DNA of 64,000 nt, taken from NCBI GenBank assembly GCA_963728915.1, contig CAVSLV010000001.1:352001-416000 (forward strand). The letters run 5' to 3'. Below are positions 53,106 through 64,000 of this stretch, piece after piece. The stretch comes from an uncultured Gemmatimonadales bacterium (GTDB lineage: Bacteria; Gemmatimonadota; Gemmatimonadetes; Gemmatimonadales; GWC2-71-9). Position 1 is the first letter of the stretch. The number at the start of each line of letters is the position of its first letter. The position numbers and the translations under genes were made by a program. The notes under the pieces were generated by a model. That model searched no databases and was not told where the DNA came from. It worked only from the letters and a program-made list of their open reading frames with translations.

Positions 53106-53142
53106 CAGGTGCTGGGGTGCGAGGTGCTGGGTGCTGGGTGCT
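53106..53142. repeat. 7-bp tandem repeats (CAGCACC on minus) before the mgtE start
   Basis: caggtgct ggggtgc gaggtgc tgggtgc tgggtgc on the + strand. Confidence 0.8.
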
Positions 53143-53188
53143 CGCCCAAAGTACATCTCAAATTGCGCCCAGGTCACCCCCCTCCGCG

Positions 53189-53218
53189 TTGAAATGAGGC
53201 CCTCCGGCCGGGTAACTT
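53189..53218 (+). promoter_or_regulatory. Putative tRNA promoter
   Basis: TTGAAA-18 bp-TAACTT, 8 bp before the tRNA. Confidence 0.55.
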
Positions 53219-53226
53219 GCCCTCTG

Positions 53227-53314
53227 GGACAGATGGCCGAGTGGTTTAAGGCGCACGCCTGGAGAGCGTGTATACCTCACAAGGGTATCGAGGGTTCGAA
53301 TCCCTCTCTGTCCG
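53227..53314 (+). tRNA. tRNA-Ser(GGA)
   Basis: Acceptor GGACAGA/TCTGTCC, anticodon arm cacgc-ctGGAga-gcgtg, long variable arm, GGTTCGAATCC. Confidence 0.96.
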
Positions 53315-53319
53315 TGTTC

Positions 53320-53414
53320 GAGGTGTTGGGTGCTGGGTGATAGGTGCGAGGAACCACGGTCGCCCCTCTGCTGTTCCAGCACCCAGCACCACAGCACCTG
53401 GCACCCCGCACCTC
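53320..53414. repeat. 7-bp tandem repeats as an inverted pair between the tRNA and msrP
   Basis: gaggtgt/tgggtgc/tgggtga/taggtgc, spacer, then cagcacc/cagcacc/acagcacc/tggcacc/ccgcacc. Confidence 0.8.
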
Positions 53415-53424
53415 CCGAGGTCCC

Positions 53425-54315
53425 ATGAAACTCCCCAGAATCCCGAGCTCCGAAATCACCGAGGAGCGCCTGTACTGGTCCCGCCGCGAGTGGCTGGCCA
53501 GCGTCGGTCTCGGCGCCGCGGCCTTCGCGATTCCCGGGTGCCTCGAAGCCCAGAAGGGTGATCTCAAGCCGACGCCGTACGACCTGATTACCGGCTACAA
53601 CAACTTCTACGAGTTCGGCACCGGGAAGGACGATCCCAAGGCGAATGCCCACACCCTGCGGCCGAGCCCCTGGAAGATCGCGGTCGAGGGAGAGGTGAAG
53701 CGCCCGGCGGTCTACGATCTCGACGACTTCTTCAAGGGCATGACCGCCGAGGAGCGGATCTACCGCCATCGCTGCGTCGAGGCCTGGTCCATGGTCGCGC
53801 CCTGGCTCGGCTACCCCCTGGCCGACATCATCAAGCGGCTCGAGCCGACCAGCAAGGCCAAGTACGTCGCATTCATCACCCTGCTCGATCCGGTCCAGAT
53901 GCCGGGGCAGAAGCGCGGGATCCTGCCCTGGCCGTACGTCGAAGGGCTCCGGATGGACGAGGCCATGCACCCGCTCACCCTGCTTACGGTGGGGGTCTAC
54001 GGGAAACCCCTCCCCAACCAGAATGGCGCGCCGGTCCGGCTCACGGTGCCGTGGAAGTACGGATTCAAGAGCGGGAAGTCGCTCGTCAAGATCCGGTTCG
54101 TGGAGCAGCAGCCCCGAAATACCTGGAACATCGCGGCGCCGGACGAGTATGGGTTCTACGCCAACGTGAATCCGACGGTGGATCATCCCCGCTGGAGCCA
54201 GGCCAAAGAGCGTCCGCTCGGCCAGTTCTTCATGAAGCCGACCCTGATGTTCAACGGCTACGCCGACCAGGTCGCCTCGCTCTACACCGGGATGGATCTC
54301 CGGGTCAACTTCTGA
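53425..54315 (+). CDS. msrP: Methionine sulfoxide reductase catalytic subunit
   Basis: SEITEE..SRREWL Tat motif, [18 protein letters not shown] and PWKYGFKS motifs. Confidence 0.95.
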   Translation: MKLPRIPSSEITEERLYWSRREWLASVGLGAAAFAIPGCLEAQKGDLKPTPYDLITGYNNFYEFGTGKDDPKANAHTLRPSPWKIAVEGEVKRPAVYDLDDFFKGMTAEERIYRHRCVEAWSMVAPWLGYPLADIIKRLEPTSKAKYVAFITLLDPVQMPGQKRGILPWPYVEGLRMDEAMHPLTLLTVGVYGKPLPNQNGAPVRLTVPWKYGFKSGKSLVKIRFVEQQPRNTWNIAAPDEYGFYANVNPTVDHPRWSQAKERPLGQFFMKPTLMFNGYADQVASLYTGMDLRVNF

Positions 54316-54322
54316 GCCCCGG

Positions 54323-54952
54323 GTGACCGAAGGCCAGCTGATCCGGAGGGTCATCAAGCCGGTGCTCTGGCTGGCGGGGCTCGCCCCGCTGGCCTGGCAG
54401 GTGTGGGCCTTCTTCACCGGCCATCTCGAGGCCGAGCCGGTGAAGGGCATGGAACACTTCACCGGCAAAACCGCGCTCATCATCCTCCTGGTGACCCTCG
54501 GGGTGACCCCGATCCGCCGGCTCACCGGCTGGAATGGGATCATCAAGGTCCGCCGGCTCATCGGTCTCTTCGCATTCTTCTACGCCCTGATCCACTTCTC
54601 GATCTTCCTGACGTTCGACCTGGAGTTTTCCCTGGGGGACCTCTGGAAGAACGTGGCGGACCGGCCCTGGATCACGGTGGGGTTCGGCGCCCTCCTGATC
54701 CTCACGGTGCTGGCGATTACCTCGCCCAAGGTGATGGTGCGGAAGCTGGGCAGGCGATGGCAGCAGATCCATCGCCTCATCTACCTCGCGGGGGGCCTCG
54801 CCCTGCTGCATTTCTTCTGGTCCCAGAAGAAGGACATCAGCGTGCCGCTGCGGTACGCGGTGGCCCTCGCGGTGCTGCTCGGGGCGCGCCTGATCCTTCG
54901 TCCCAGGCCAAAACGGGCCCGGAGCGTTGCGAGGGCCGACCTACCGGGGTAG
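54323..54952 (+). CDS. msrQ: Methionine sulfoxide reductase heme subunit
   Basis: HFTG, RRLIGLFAFFY..IH and WQQIHRLIY..LHFFW motifs. Confidence 0.93.
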   Translation: MTEGQLIRRVIKPVLWLAGLAPLAWQVWAFFTGHLEAEPVKGMEHFTGKTALIILLVTLGVTPIRRLTGWNGIIKVRRLIGLFAFFYALIHFSIFLTFDLEFSLGDLWKNVADRPWITVGFGALLILTVLAITSPKVMVRKLGRRWQQIHRLIYLAGGLALLHFFWSQKKDISVPLRYAVALAVLLGARLILRPRPKRARSVARADLPG

Positions 54953-54966
54953 CTTCCCGGCCCGAG

Positions 54967-55509
54967 ATGCCCTCGGCCACCCTCCTTGACGCAGCTGCTG
55001 TTGCGCGGATCCTGTCGCGCATGGCCGGCGAAATCGTCGAGCGATGTGGATCGGCCGAGGGCCTTGTCGTGGTAGGAATCCAGCGGCGGGGCGCCGAGCT
55101 GGCCAACCGGCTGGCCCGCCTGATCGAAGAGCGCACCGGCGCGGCGGTGACGCTCGGGAAACTGGACATCACCCTCTATCGCGACGATCTCTCCGCCATC
55201 GGTCCGAGGCCCCGCGTGGGGCAGACCGATCTCCCCGAGGAAATCGAGGGCCGGGTGGTGGTGCTGGTGGACGACGTGCTCTACACCGGGCGGACCATCC
55301 GCGCCGCCCTCGACGAGCTGGCCGACTTCGGCCGGCCTCGGAGGATTCTGCTCGCCGTATTGATCGACCGGGGGGGACGGGAGCTTCCCATTCAAGCCGA
55401 CATCGTGGGACAGGCCGTCACGGTCGAGCCGGGTGAGCGGGTCGAGCTGGCGGTCACCGAGCTGGACGGTCGCGACGGCGTGGAGCTGGTCGACGGAAGG
55501 GGACGATGA
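54967..55509 (+). CDS. pyrR: PyrR / uracil phosphoribosyltransferase
   Basis: [24 protein letters not shown] and DRGGRELPI motifs. Confidence 0.95.
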   Translation: MPSATLLDAAAVARILSRMAGEIVERCGSAEGLVVVGIQRRGAELANRLARLIEERTGAAVTLGKLDITLYRDDLSAIGPRPRVGQTDLPEEIEGRVVVLVDDVLYTGRTIRAALDELADFGRPRRILLAVLIDRGGRELPIQADIVGQAVTVEPGERVELAVTELDGRDGVELVDGRGR

Positions 55510-56471
55510 CGGCCGCCGCCCGGGATCTCGCGCTGGGGAAGGACCTGATCGGGCTCGAGCACCTCAGTCCCGGGCAGCTCCGGCTCATCCTCGACATGGC
55601 CGAGCCGTTCAAGGAAGTGAGCGAGCGGCCGATCAAGAAGGTCCCGGCGCTTCGCGGCAAGACCATCGTCAACCTGTTCTTCGAAGCCTCCACCCGGACC
55701 CGGATCTCCTTCGAGTTCGCCGAGAAGCGGCTCAGCGCCGACACCGTCAACGTGGCGACGGTCGGCTCCTCGGTCGCCAAGGGGGAAACCCTGGTCGACA
55801 CCGCCCGGAACCTCGAGGCGATGCGGATCGACATGGTGGTGATCCGGCATCCCTCGAGCGGGGCGGCCGGCTTCCTGGCCTAGCGGATCCGCTCCAACGT
55901 GATCAACGCCGGCGACGGCAAGCACGAGCATCCCACCCAGGGACTGCTCGATCTCCTCACCCTGCGGGACTGGTTCGGACGCATCGAGGGACTCAAGGTC
56001 GCCATCTGCGGCGACGTGCTCCACAGCCGGGTGGCCCGGAGCAACATCTGGGGGCTGCTCAAGCTGGGCGCCCAGGTCGCCGTCTCGGGACCCGCCACCC
56101 TGATTCCCCGGGACATCGAGCGGCTCGGCGTCACGGTGTTTCCCCGGATCGAGGACGCCATCGCCTGGGCCGACGCGCTCAACGTGCTGCGGCTCCAGCT
56201 CGAGCGGATGGAAGCGGGTTATGTCCCCTCCCTCCGCGAGTACAACCGGGTGTTCGGCATCACCCGGGAGCGGCTGGCCCGGGCTCCCCGCGAGCTGGTC
56301 ATCCTGCACCCCGGCCCGATCAACCGGGGCGTCGAAATCGACAGCGACGTGGCCGACGGCCCCCACAGCGTGATCCTCCCCCAGGTGACCAACGGGGTGG
56401 CGGTCCGCATGGCGGTGCTCTATCTGCTGGCGGGCGGGGCGCCCGACTGGCGGGCCGGCGACGAACGATGA
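55506..56471 (+). CDS. pyrB: Aspartate carbamoyltransferase catalytic subunit with in-frame TAG at 55881-55883
   Basis: [34 protein letters not shown], all in one frame. Confidence 0.9.
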
Positions 56472-57766
56472 GCGCGCTCCTGATTCGCGGCGGCCGGGTG
56501 ATCGACCCGTCCCGGAATACCGACGGGCCGGCCGACGTCCTGGTGCGGGACGACCGGATCGAAGCGGTGGGACGGAACATCCCGGTGGACCCGGGGGTGC
56601 AGGTCCTCGAGGCGGCGGGGAAGGTGGTGGCGCCCGGGCTGATCGATCTCCACGTCCACCTGCGGGAGCCCGGCTTCGAGCAGGCCGAGACGATCGCCAG
56701 CGGCGCCGCGGCCGCGGCGGCCGGCGGATTCACCGCGGTCTGCGCCATGCCTAACACGGATCCCATCACCGACACCCACGCCTCGGTCGGCTTCGTGGTC
56801 CGCCAGGCGATCCGGGCCGCCCAGGCGCGGGTCTATCCCATCGGCGCGGTTTCGATGGGGCAGAAGGGCGAGCAGCTGACCGAGTTCGGGGAGCTGGTCC
56901 AGGCCGGCGCGGTCGCGGTGAGCGACGACGGGAAGCCGGTGCGGTCGAGCCACCTGATGCGGACCGCGCTCGAGTACGCCAAGACGTTCGGGATTCCGGT
57001 CGCGGATCACTGCGAGGACCTCTCGCTGGCTCAGGGCGGCTCCATGCACGAAGGCATCGTGTCCACCCGGCTCGGCCTCAAGGGAATTCCCTCGGCGGCC
57101 GAAGAGATCATGGTGGCCCGCGACATTCTCCTCGCCGAGCTGACCGGGGGCCACGTGCACCTCTGTCACATGTCGACCCGGGGGTCCGTTGCCCTGATCC
57201 GCTGGGCCAAGGAGAAGGGCATCCGGGTCACCGCCGAAGCCACTCCCCATCATTTCACGCTGACCCACGAGCGCTGCGAAGGGTACGACACCAACGCGAA
57301 GATGAACCCGCCACTCCGTGAGGCGGAGGACCGCGACGCGATTCGCCAGGGCCTCAAGGACGGAACGATCGACTGCATCGCCAGCGATCACGCGCCCCAT
57401 CACTACGACGCGAAGGAGCGGGAGTTCGACGAAGCGCCCAACGGCATCGTCGGCCTGGAGACCGCCCTGGGGCTCGGGATCCGGGAGCTGGTCGAGACCG
57501 GCATTCTGACCCTGGCCGACCTGATCGCCCGGATGAGCACCATTCCGGCACGAGTCTTCCACCTTCCCGGTGGGACCCTGTCGGTAGGGGCGCCGGCGGA
57601 TCTGGTGGTTTTCGACCCGGGCAGACGGTGGACGGTTCGGAAGGAGGATTTGCGCTCTCTGAGCGCCAACTCCCCTTTCCTCGGGGAAACCCTTGTCGGA
57701 CAAGCGGATGCGACGATTGTCGGGGGCCGGCTGGTGTTTGAGCGGAGCAACCGTTCGAATTCTTGA
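56468..57766 (+). CDS. pyrC: Dihydroorotase
   Basis: [21 protein letters not shown] and SDHAPH motifs. Confidence 0.95.
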   Translation: MSALLIRGGRVIDPSRNTDGPADVLVRDDRIEAVGRNIPVDPGVQVLEAAGKVVAPGLIDLHVHLREPGFEQAETIASGAAAAAAGGFTAVCAMPNTDPITDTHASVGFVVRQAIRAAQARVYPIGAVSMGQKGEQLTEFGELVQAGAVAVSDDGKPVRSSHLMRTALEYAKTFGIPVADHCEDLSLAQGGSMHEGIVSTRLGLKGIPSAAEEIMVARDILLAELTGGHVHLCHMSTRGSVALIRWAKEKGIRVTAEATPHHFTLTHERCEGYDTNAKMNPPLREAEDRDAIRQGLKDGTIDCIASDHAPHHYDAKEREFDEAPNGIVGLETALGLGIRELVETGILTLADLIARMSTIPARVFHLPGGTLSVGAPADLVVFDPGRRWTVRKEDLRSLSANSPFLGETLVGQADATIVGGRLVFERSNRSNS

Positions 57767-57859
57767 CGACTCAACCCTGAACGGGTTTCCAAGATTCGGT
57801 TTGACGTTAGATTGGAAGGACTTATGCCCGCCGTGGAGCGGCGGCTCGGAGCGTTTTCC

Positions 57860-58819
57860 ATGACCGATACGAAGGCCCAAGACATCGCTGAAATCGAAAC
57901 TCTTCTCGCGAACCGCCAGCAACTGGTGGAGTGGCTGGCACGTCTCGACGCTGCCGGATCGCGGGCGCCGGACAAGGTGCGCGCCAAGGTGCGCACCGAT
58001 TATCAGGGCCGGTTGGGACAGGTCGTTACCCAGCTCGCTACCCATCGCGATGTCATCGCGGACACGCTCTCCGGTCTTCGCGATCAGGTTTCCCAGGTCG
58101 AGTCGCTCCGTCAGGAAGAGTTGAACATCCGTGCCGAGGCCGAGCTTCGGCATGCGGTGGGCGAATACACCGACGATGAATGGCAGCTGGTCGAGTTGGA
58201 AAGCTCGGGGAAGATCGCGGGCTTCGACCACGAGATCGACAAGCTTTCGCAGGAAATCCATCGGCTCGAAGAGGTATTGGCGCTGATCGTCCCGGAGCGT
58301 TCCCAGGAAAAAGGGCCTGCCCCCGAGGAAGCGCCCGCCGCGTCCACCCCGCATTTGTCGCTGGAATCCACCGCGAGCGAAGAGTCTCAGGAGTCCTCGG
58401 CTCCCTCGCCCCGGCCCGAGGCGCCCCGGTTCGTTCCCCGCACCGGCCACTTCCCGAAGGAGCCGCTCTACCCTCGGGGACAGAATCCCCGCAGCTCGGC
58501 GGGGTCGTCCCCGACCCCCGCGCCGGCACCGGCCCAGGCGCAGTCTCAGTCCCAGCCCCAATCCCAATCCCAGTCAGGGACGACGACCACCACGTCATCG
58601 AACAATCGCGAGGACGAGCTGGCCTTTCTTCGTTCGATGAATGTCGAGCTGATGAACGCCGCGCCCCGCGCTCCCCAGGCTCCCAATGGCGGAAACGCCG
58701 AGGCGGAGCGCCCGGCGATGCCGGTGCCCAAGACCCTCAAGTGCCGCGATTGTGGCTCGCTGAACCGGCCGACCGACTGGTACTGTGAGCGGTGCGGGGC
58801 GGAGCTGGCTGCGGTCTGA
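57860..58819 (+). CDS. Hypothetical coiled-coil / disordered / C-terminal zinc-ribbon protein
   Basis: Heptad-rich N-half, S/Q/P/T linker and CRDCG..N..WYCERCG. Confidence 0.8.
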   Translation: MTDTKAQDIAEIETLLANRQQLVEWLARLDAAGSRAPDKVRAKVRTDYQGRLGQVVTQLATHRDVIADTLSGLRDQVSQVESLRQEELNIRAEAELRHAVGEYTDDEWQLVELESSGKIAGFDHEIDKLSQEIHRLEEVLALIVPERSQEKGPAPEEAPAASTPHLSLESTASEESQESSAPSPRPEAPRFVPRTGHFPKEPLYPRGQNPRSSAGSSPTPAPAPAQAQSQSQPQSQSQSGTTTTTSSNNREDELAFLRSMNVELMNAAPRAPQAPNGGNAEAERPAMPVPKTLKCRDCGSLNRPTDWYCERCGAELAAV

Positions 58820-58822
58820 GCT

Positions 58823-59065
58823 TCAGCCAGCTCGCTTTGCCAGGCGGGATTTCTGTCTCGCCGCGGTATTCCGGTGGATGAGTCCCTTGCGCGCCGCCCG
58901 ATCCAATAGCTGCTCCGCGCGCTGATACGCCTGATCCCGATCCTTCCCGGTTGTGCCTCGTACCTTCTTCACCGCCGTGCGGAGGGCACTTCGCTGCGCC
59001 CGGTTCCGCAGGGTGCGACCCTTGGCTTGACGGAGCTGCTTCTTCGCGGACTTGGTTCTCGGCAC
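58823..59065 (-). CDS. rpsT: 30S ribosomal protein S20
   Basis: PRTKSAKK..RN..RS.LRTAVKK..LDRAARKGLIHRNTAARQKSRL; SD GGAAGGAG. Confidence 0.95.
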   Translation of the reverse strand: MPRTKSAKKQLRQAKGRTLRNRAQRSALRTAVKKVRGTTGKDRDQAYQRAEQLLDRAARKGLIHRNTAARQKSRLAKRAG

Positions 59066-59120
59066 AACGACTCCTTCCGGTTGGCGATTGGATGCGAAAC
59101 CGCTAAGTATAGTGGCGACA

Positions 59121-59809
59121 ATGACTGATTTCATCCTCGCCCTGCCAGTCCTGATCTTTTCCCTGGTTGCCCACGAATACGCTCACGGTTACGCGGCCTT
59201 CCGCCAGGGCGATGATACCGCCCTCATGCAGGGGCGGCTCACCCTGAATCCTCTTCCCCACATCGATCCCTGGCTGACCCTCATCATGCCCGCCCTGCTC
59301 TGGTTCGGCACCAAGGGGGCATTCACGTTCGGGGGCGCGCGGCCGATCGAGGTGCGGCCGGAGAAGTATCGCCATTACGTCCGGGGGGACCTGATCGTCT
59401 CGACCGCCGGGGTGTTCACCAACCTGATGATCGCCGTCGCCTGCGCCGGGCTGTTCTTTCTTCTGGGATCGGTCGCCCGGGTCATTCCGGCCGCCTCGAA
59501 CGTGCTGGGAACCGGGCAGCGGATGATGTCCTGGGGGGTGTGGCTCAACCTGATGCTGGGGTTCTTCAACATTCTGCCGATTCCTCCCCTGGACGGGTCC
59601 CACGTGCTCTACCACCTGCTGCCCGGAGGACTGCGGCGGCCGTACCGGAATTTTCAGCGGCTCGGATTCCTCCCCCTGCTCGCCCTCATGCTGCTCTTCC
59701 CGGGGCGATCCGCTGGCTCCTCACTCCGGCCCTGGCCGGGATGCGGCTGTTCGTCGAATGGGCGGCCCCCTTCGCCGCCGCCGATCACTGGAGCATCTTT
59801 CCCTTGTGA
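59121..59809 (+). CDS. Site-2 protease (M50), frameshifted near 59702-59705
   Basis: HEYAH and FNILPIPPLDGSH motifs; adding one G gives the natural C-terminus ..PGAIRWLL..SIFPL* overlapping the scpA start. Confidence 0.85.
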
Positions 59810-60600
59810 CCACTCCTCTCTCCACGTCGGTACGCGGGGTACTCGGGCCGATCATCCTCTCACCGGGCCCCCCGATCGATCCGAGTCGCCCTCCCGGCGG
59901 GTTCGTGGTCGAGCTGGAAGCCTTCTCGGGGCCGCTGGACCTGCTGCTCCACCTGCTCCGGGAGGAGCAGATCGAGATCGCCGACATTCCGATCGCGCGG
60001 ATCGCGGATCAGTTCCTTGCCGTCATCCACGATCTCGGCCTCAACCAGGCGGCGGATTACCTGGAGCTGGCCAGCCGCCTGGTTCGGCTCAAGGCCCAGA
60101 TGCTCCTGCCCCGGGGCGCCGAGGGCGAGGCGTGGGAAGATCCTCGCGCCGAGCTGGTGCGGCGGCTGCTCGAGTATCAGCAGATCCGGGAGATCGCCCA
60201 CTGGATGTCGGAGGCCGCGGAACGGCGCTCCCTCCAGATGCCCCGGGGGTACTTGCCGCCACCGCCCGAGCTCCCGCCTCCTCCGCTTACCCTCGATGTC
60301 ATGGAACTCTTCGCCGCGGTCGAGCGGGTCATCGCCGGGATTCTGCATCCGGTGCTCCACCGCGTGGTGGCCCGGCCGCTGGACGTGGAAGGCGCGAGCC
60401 GCCGGCTCACCGCGTTGCTCGAGGACCGGGAGAGCTTTCCCTGGACCGATGCGCTGGCAAATCCGCCCACCGTGAGCGACGTGCTCTCGGTCCTCCTCGC
60501 TCTGCTCGAGATGGCTCGGCGGGGCGCCTGTTCACTGGCTCAGGCCCTGGCTTTCGGACCGTTACTGGTGCGTCGTGCATCCGCTCTCCCCACTCATTGA
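59806..60600 (+). CDS. scpA: Segregation/condensation protein A
   Basis: FSGPLDLLLHL, KAQMLLP, DPRAELVRRLLEY and LALLEMAR motifs. Confidence 0.93.
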   Translation: MTTPLSTSVRGVLGPIILSPGPPIDPSRPPGGFVVELEAFSGPLDLLLHLLREEQIEIADIPIARIADQFLAVIHDLGLNQAADYLELASRLVRLKAQMLLPRGAEGEAWEDPRAELVRRLLEYQQIREIAHWMSEAAERRSLQMPRGYLPPPPELPPPPLTLDVMELFAAVERVIAGILHPVLHRVVARPLDVEGASRRLTALLEDRESFPWTDALANPPTVSDVLSVLLALLEMARRGACSLAQALAFGPLLVRRASALPTH

Positions 60601-61159
60601 AGCGGCGCTGTTCGCCGCCTCCCGTCCGCTCACTCCGGAAGAGCTGGGCACGCTCGACCCGGACGCGAGCCTGGACGATGTCCGCGCGGCGCTCCAGGCG
60701 CTCCGGGAGCACTACGACTTCGACAACCACGGGGTGGAGCTGGTGGAGCTCGCCGGTGGCTATCAGATCCTGACCCGGTCCACCTACGCGGCGGCCATCG
60801 AGCGGGCCCAGCTCAGCCAGCGGCCGCCCCGGCTGACTTCGGCCATGCTGGAGACCCTGTCGGTGATCGCCTATCGCCAGCCGGTCGGGCGGGCCGAGAT
60901 CGAGGAGATCCGCGGGGTGCAGGCGAGCGGGGTGCTCCGGTCCCTCCAGGAGCGTGGCCTGATCGAGGTGGTCGGCCGGAGCGAAGGCCTGGGACGCCCG
61001 CTGCTCTACGGCACCACGCCGCTCTTCCTCGAGCTGCTCGGCCTTCCCGATCTCCAGAATCTGCCCCGGTCGGAGGAGCTTTCGATCGCGCTGGAGCCGC
61101 CCCGGCCGGAGCCGGAGGGGCCCGACGACGCCGCGGCGTATGTCCCTGCCGATCGATGA
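60575..61159 (+). CDS. scpB: Segregation/condensation protein B
   Basis: IEAALFAA, ETLSVIAYRQP, IRGV and GRPLLYGTT motifs. Confidence 0.95.
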   Translation: MHPLSPLIEAALFAASRPLTPEELGTLDPDASLDDVRAALQALREHYDFDNHGVELVELAGGYQILTRSTYAAAIERAQLSQRPPRLTSAMLETLSVIAYRQPVGRAEIEEIRGVQASGVLRSLQERGLIEVVGRSEGLGRPLLYGTTPLFLELLGLPDLQNLPRSEELSIALEPPRPEPEGPDDAAAYVPADR

Positions 61160-61886
61160 TGATGCGGGTGCAGCGCGCGCTGGCCCAGGCCGGGATCGCC
61201 TCCCGCCGCGCCGCCGAGGAGTTGATCCGGGGAGGGGTGGTCCGGGTGGACGGCCAGGTGGTGACGCTGGGGGCGTCGGTGGATCCGGAGCGACAGAAGA
61301 TCACGGTGCGGGGCCGGACCATAACCCGGAAGCCCCGCCGCTGGATCGCTTTTCACAAGCCGCTCGGGGTCGTGACCACCGCGTCGGATGAGGCGGGGCG
61401 GCGCACCGTCTACGAGTTCGTGCCGCGAGGAGAGGGGCTCACCTACGTGGGCCGGCTCGACGTCATGACCACCGGGCTCCTGCTCCTCACCACCGACGGC
61501 GAGGCGGTGCACCGCCTGACCCACCCCCGCTACCGGATCCCCCGGCGCTACACCGCGCTGGTCCACGGGCTCGATACGCCGCAGCTTGCCGGGGCGGTCC
61601 GGCATCCGGTCCAGCTCGAGGGCCAGCGGGTTACGCCGCTCGCCGCGCGGGTGCGCCCCGGTGTGGCCGGACGCAGCATTCTCGACGTCACCTTCGCCGA
61701 GGGGCGCAAGCATCTGGTGCGCCGCTGGGCCGAGGCGCTGGGCCTCAAGGTGGATCGGTTGGCCCGGCTCTCCTATGGTCCGGTGCGGCTGGGGACCCTG
61801 GCTCCCGGGAAATGGCGTCCCCTCACCCCGACCGAACAGCGCGCGGTGTATCGCGCGATTCACCTCGCTCCAGGACGAGAAGCGGT

Positions 61887-61890
<4 letters not shown>
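61156..61890 (+). CDS. rluB: rRNA pseudouridine synthase (RluB/RsuA family)
   Basis: S4 domain ASRRAAE, GRLD motif; follows scpAB. Confidence 0.85.
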
Positions 61891-62871
<981 letters not shown>

Positions 62872-62873
62872 GC

Positions 62874-62917
62874 AGGGGTGAGGTGTGAGGGGAAAGGGAT
62901 GAGGGGTGAGGGGTGAG
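62874..62917. repeat. G-rich 7-bp tandem repeats (GAGGGGT-like)
   Basis: aggggt gaggtgt gagggga aagggat gaggggt gagggGTG between MoxR and DUF58. Confidence 0.7.
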
Positions 62918-63808
62918 TGTTCCTCCCGAGCTGCTCAAGCAGGTCAAGGGCATCGCGATGCGAACTCGCGGGCGTGGTCGACTCCCTCTTCTCGGGCGAC
63001 TTCCGGTCGGTGTTCAAGGGCCAGGGCGTCGAGTTCTCCGAGGTCCGCGCCTACGAAGCCGGCGACGACTTCCGCTCGATCGACTGGAACGTCTCCGCCC
63101 GGCTCGGGCGCCCCTTCGTCAAGACCTTCACCGAAGAGCGTGAGCTCACCGTGCTGCTCATCGTGGATCAGTCCGCCTCGACCCGGGTGGGGACGCCGGT
63201 GACCAAGGCGGCCCGGCTCGGTGGAGATCGCCGCAGTGCTGGCCCTGGCGGGAGCACAGGAGCAGGACCGGGTCGGCGCGATTCTGTTCAGCGACCGGAT
63301 CGAGCACGTGGTCCGCCCGCCGAAGGGGCGCCGCCACGCGCTGCGCCTGATCCGCGACATGCTGGCGTTCGCGAGCCAGCGCCGGGGGACCAACATCGTC
63401 AACGCGATTCGCTACGCGTCGAAGGTGCTGGGCCACCGCAGCGTGGTGGTCATCCTGTCGGATTTCCTCGCCGAAGGATGGGAGAAGGCCCTGCGCGAGC
63501 TGGCGGTGCGTCACCAGGTGATCGCCATCACGGTCGACGATCCCCGGGAGGACCATCCCCCCGCGGGTGGCTGGATCGAGATGGTGGACGCGGAATCCGG
63601 ACGCCGGGTGCTGGTGGACACCGGGAGCGCCGCCGCGCGCCGGCGCTGGGAAGCGGCCGCGTCGGCCCGGCGGGGCCGGCGCGCCGAGCTGCTCAAGGCG
63701 GCGGGCGCCGAGCAGATCGCGATCGATCTCAGCACCGACTACGGCCTGGTTCTCCGGCGCGCGTTCGCGCGCAGGCAGGGACGGCGTCCGGGCCGGCGGG
63801 CTCGATGA
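62913..63808 (+). CDS. DUF58 domain protein, with two apparent +1 frameshifts (~62970, ~63218)
   Basis: Fragments VVDSLFSGDFRSVFKGQGVEFSEVRAY..IDWNVSAR..VDQSAS and EIAAVLA..DRVG..VILSDF; typical MoxR partner. Confidence 0.82.
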
Positions 63809-64000
63809 TCGCCCACCTTCTCATCCTCTGGCAGGCGGTCCAGCCCACCGTCGGAGATACGGTCTGGATCGAGCGGATCGTGAACGACGTGGGCCGCGCG
63901 ATCCTGCGCCCCCAGCAGTGGGACCTCGGAGCGGAAGGGGTTCAGCTCGGGCCGCCGGTCGTGGCCCACGGCGCGGCCGGCATCTCGATCCGGTATCCCG
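63805..64000 (+). CDS. Hypothetical exported protein of the MoxR/DUF58 (Bat-like) operon, partial
   Basis: ATGA overlap; MIAHLLILWQAVQPTVGDTVWIER.. open to the window end. Confidence 0.6.
   Translation, partial: MIAHLLILWQAVQPTVGDTVWIERIVNDVGRAILRPQQWDLGAEGVQLGPPVVAHGAAGISIRYP

Noticed and set aside
54952..54967. PyrR-binding attenuator
   Set aside because: Only 14 bp between msrQ and pyrR; no terminator/antiterminator visible.
55881..55883. Selenocysteine recoding of the pyrB stop via the nearby selB
   Set aside because: The codon is UAG, not UGA, and lies at a non-catalytic position.
59052..60773. 573-aa protease fusion ORF
   Set aside because: Artefact of the frameshift near 59703 reading through scpA out of frame.

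Overview
High-GC bacterial chromosomal window; gene order and protein style suggest Gemmatimonadota (inference). Positions 1-12075 (minus strand) hold the 5' part of a giant (>=4025 aa) surface protein. It is absent from the ORF track because no stop falls inside the window, and consists of a lipoprotein-like signal, two Big_2-like domains and ~35 tandem 107-aa Ig-like repeats with mosaic higher-order duplications. It is the third gene of a likely operon, after an unknown membrane protein and an outer-membrane beta-barrel. The rest is mostly housekeeping: argS-purM-nusB-hpf-hprK-mannose-type PTS-metK; a cobalamin riboswitch with btuFCD and a beta-propeller lipoprotein; recO, selB, clpB, tadA; a stress islet (CheB/CheR hybrid kinase, CsbD, Ku, LigD split in three); two tRNA-Ser; topA, a hybrid kinase, mgtE, msrPQ, pyrRBC, rpsT, a site-2 protease, scpAB, rluB and MoxR/DUF58. 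Less obvious signals are a dispersed family of 7/8/9-bp tandem repeats (often G-rich/C-rich inverted pairs abutting gene starts), a recurrent GTTAGG hexamer that imposes rare codons, an in-frame amber in pyrB, and several single-base frameshifts that are probably consensus errors.
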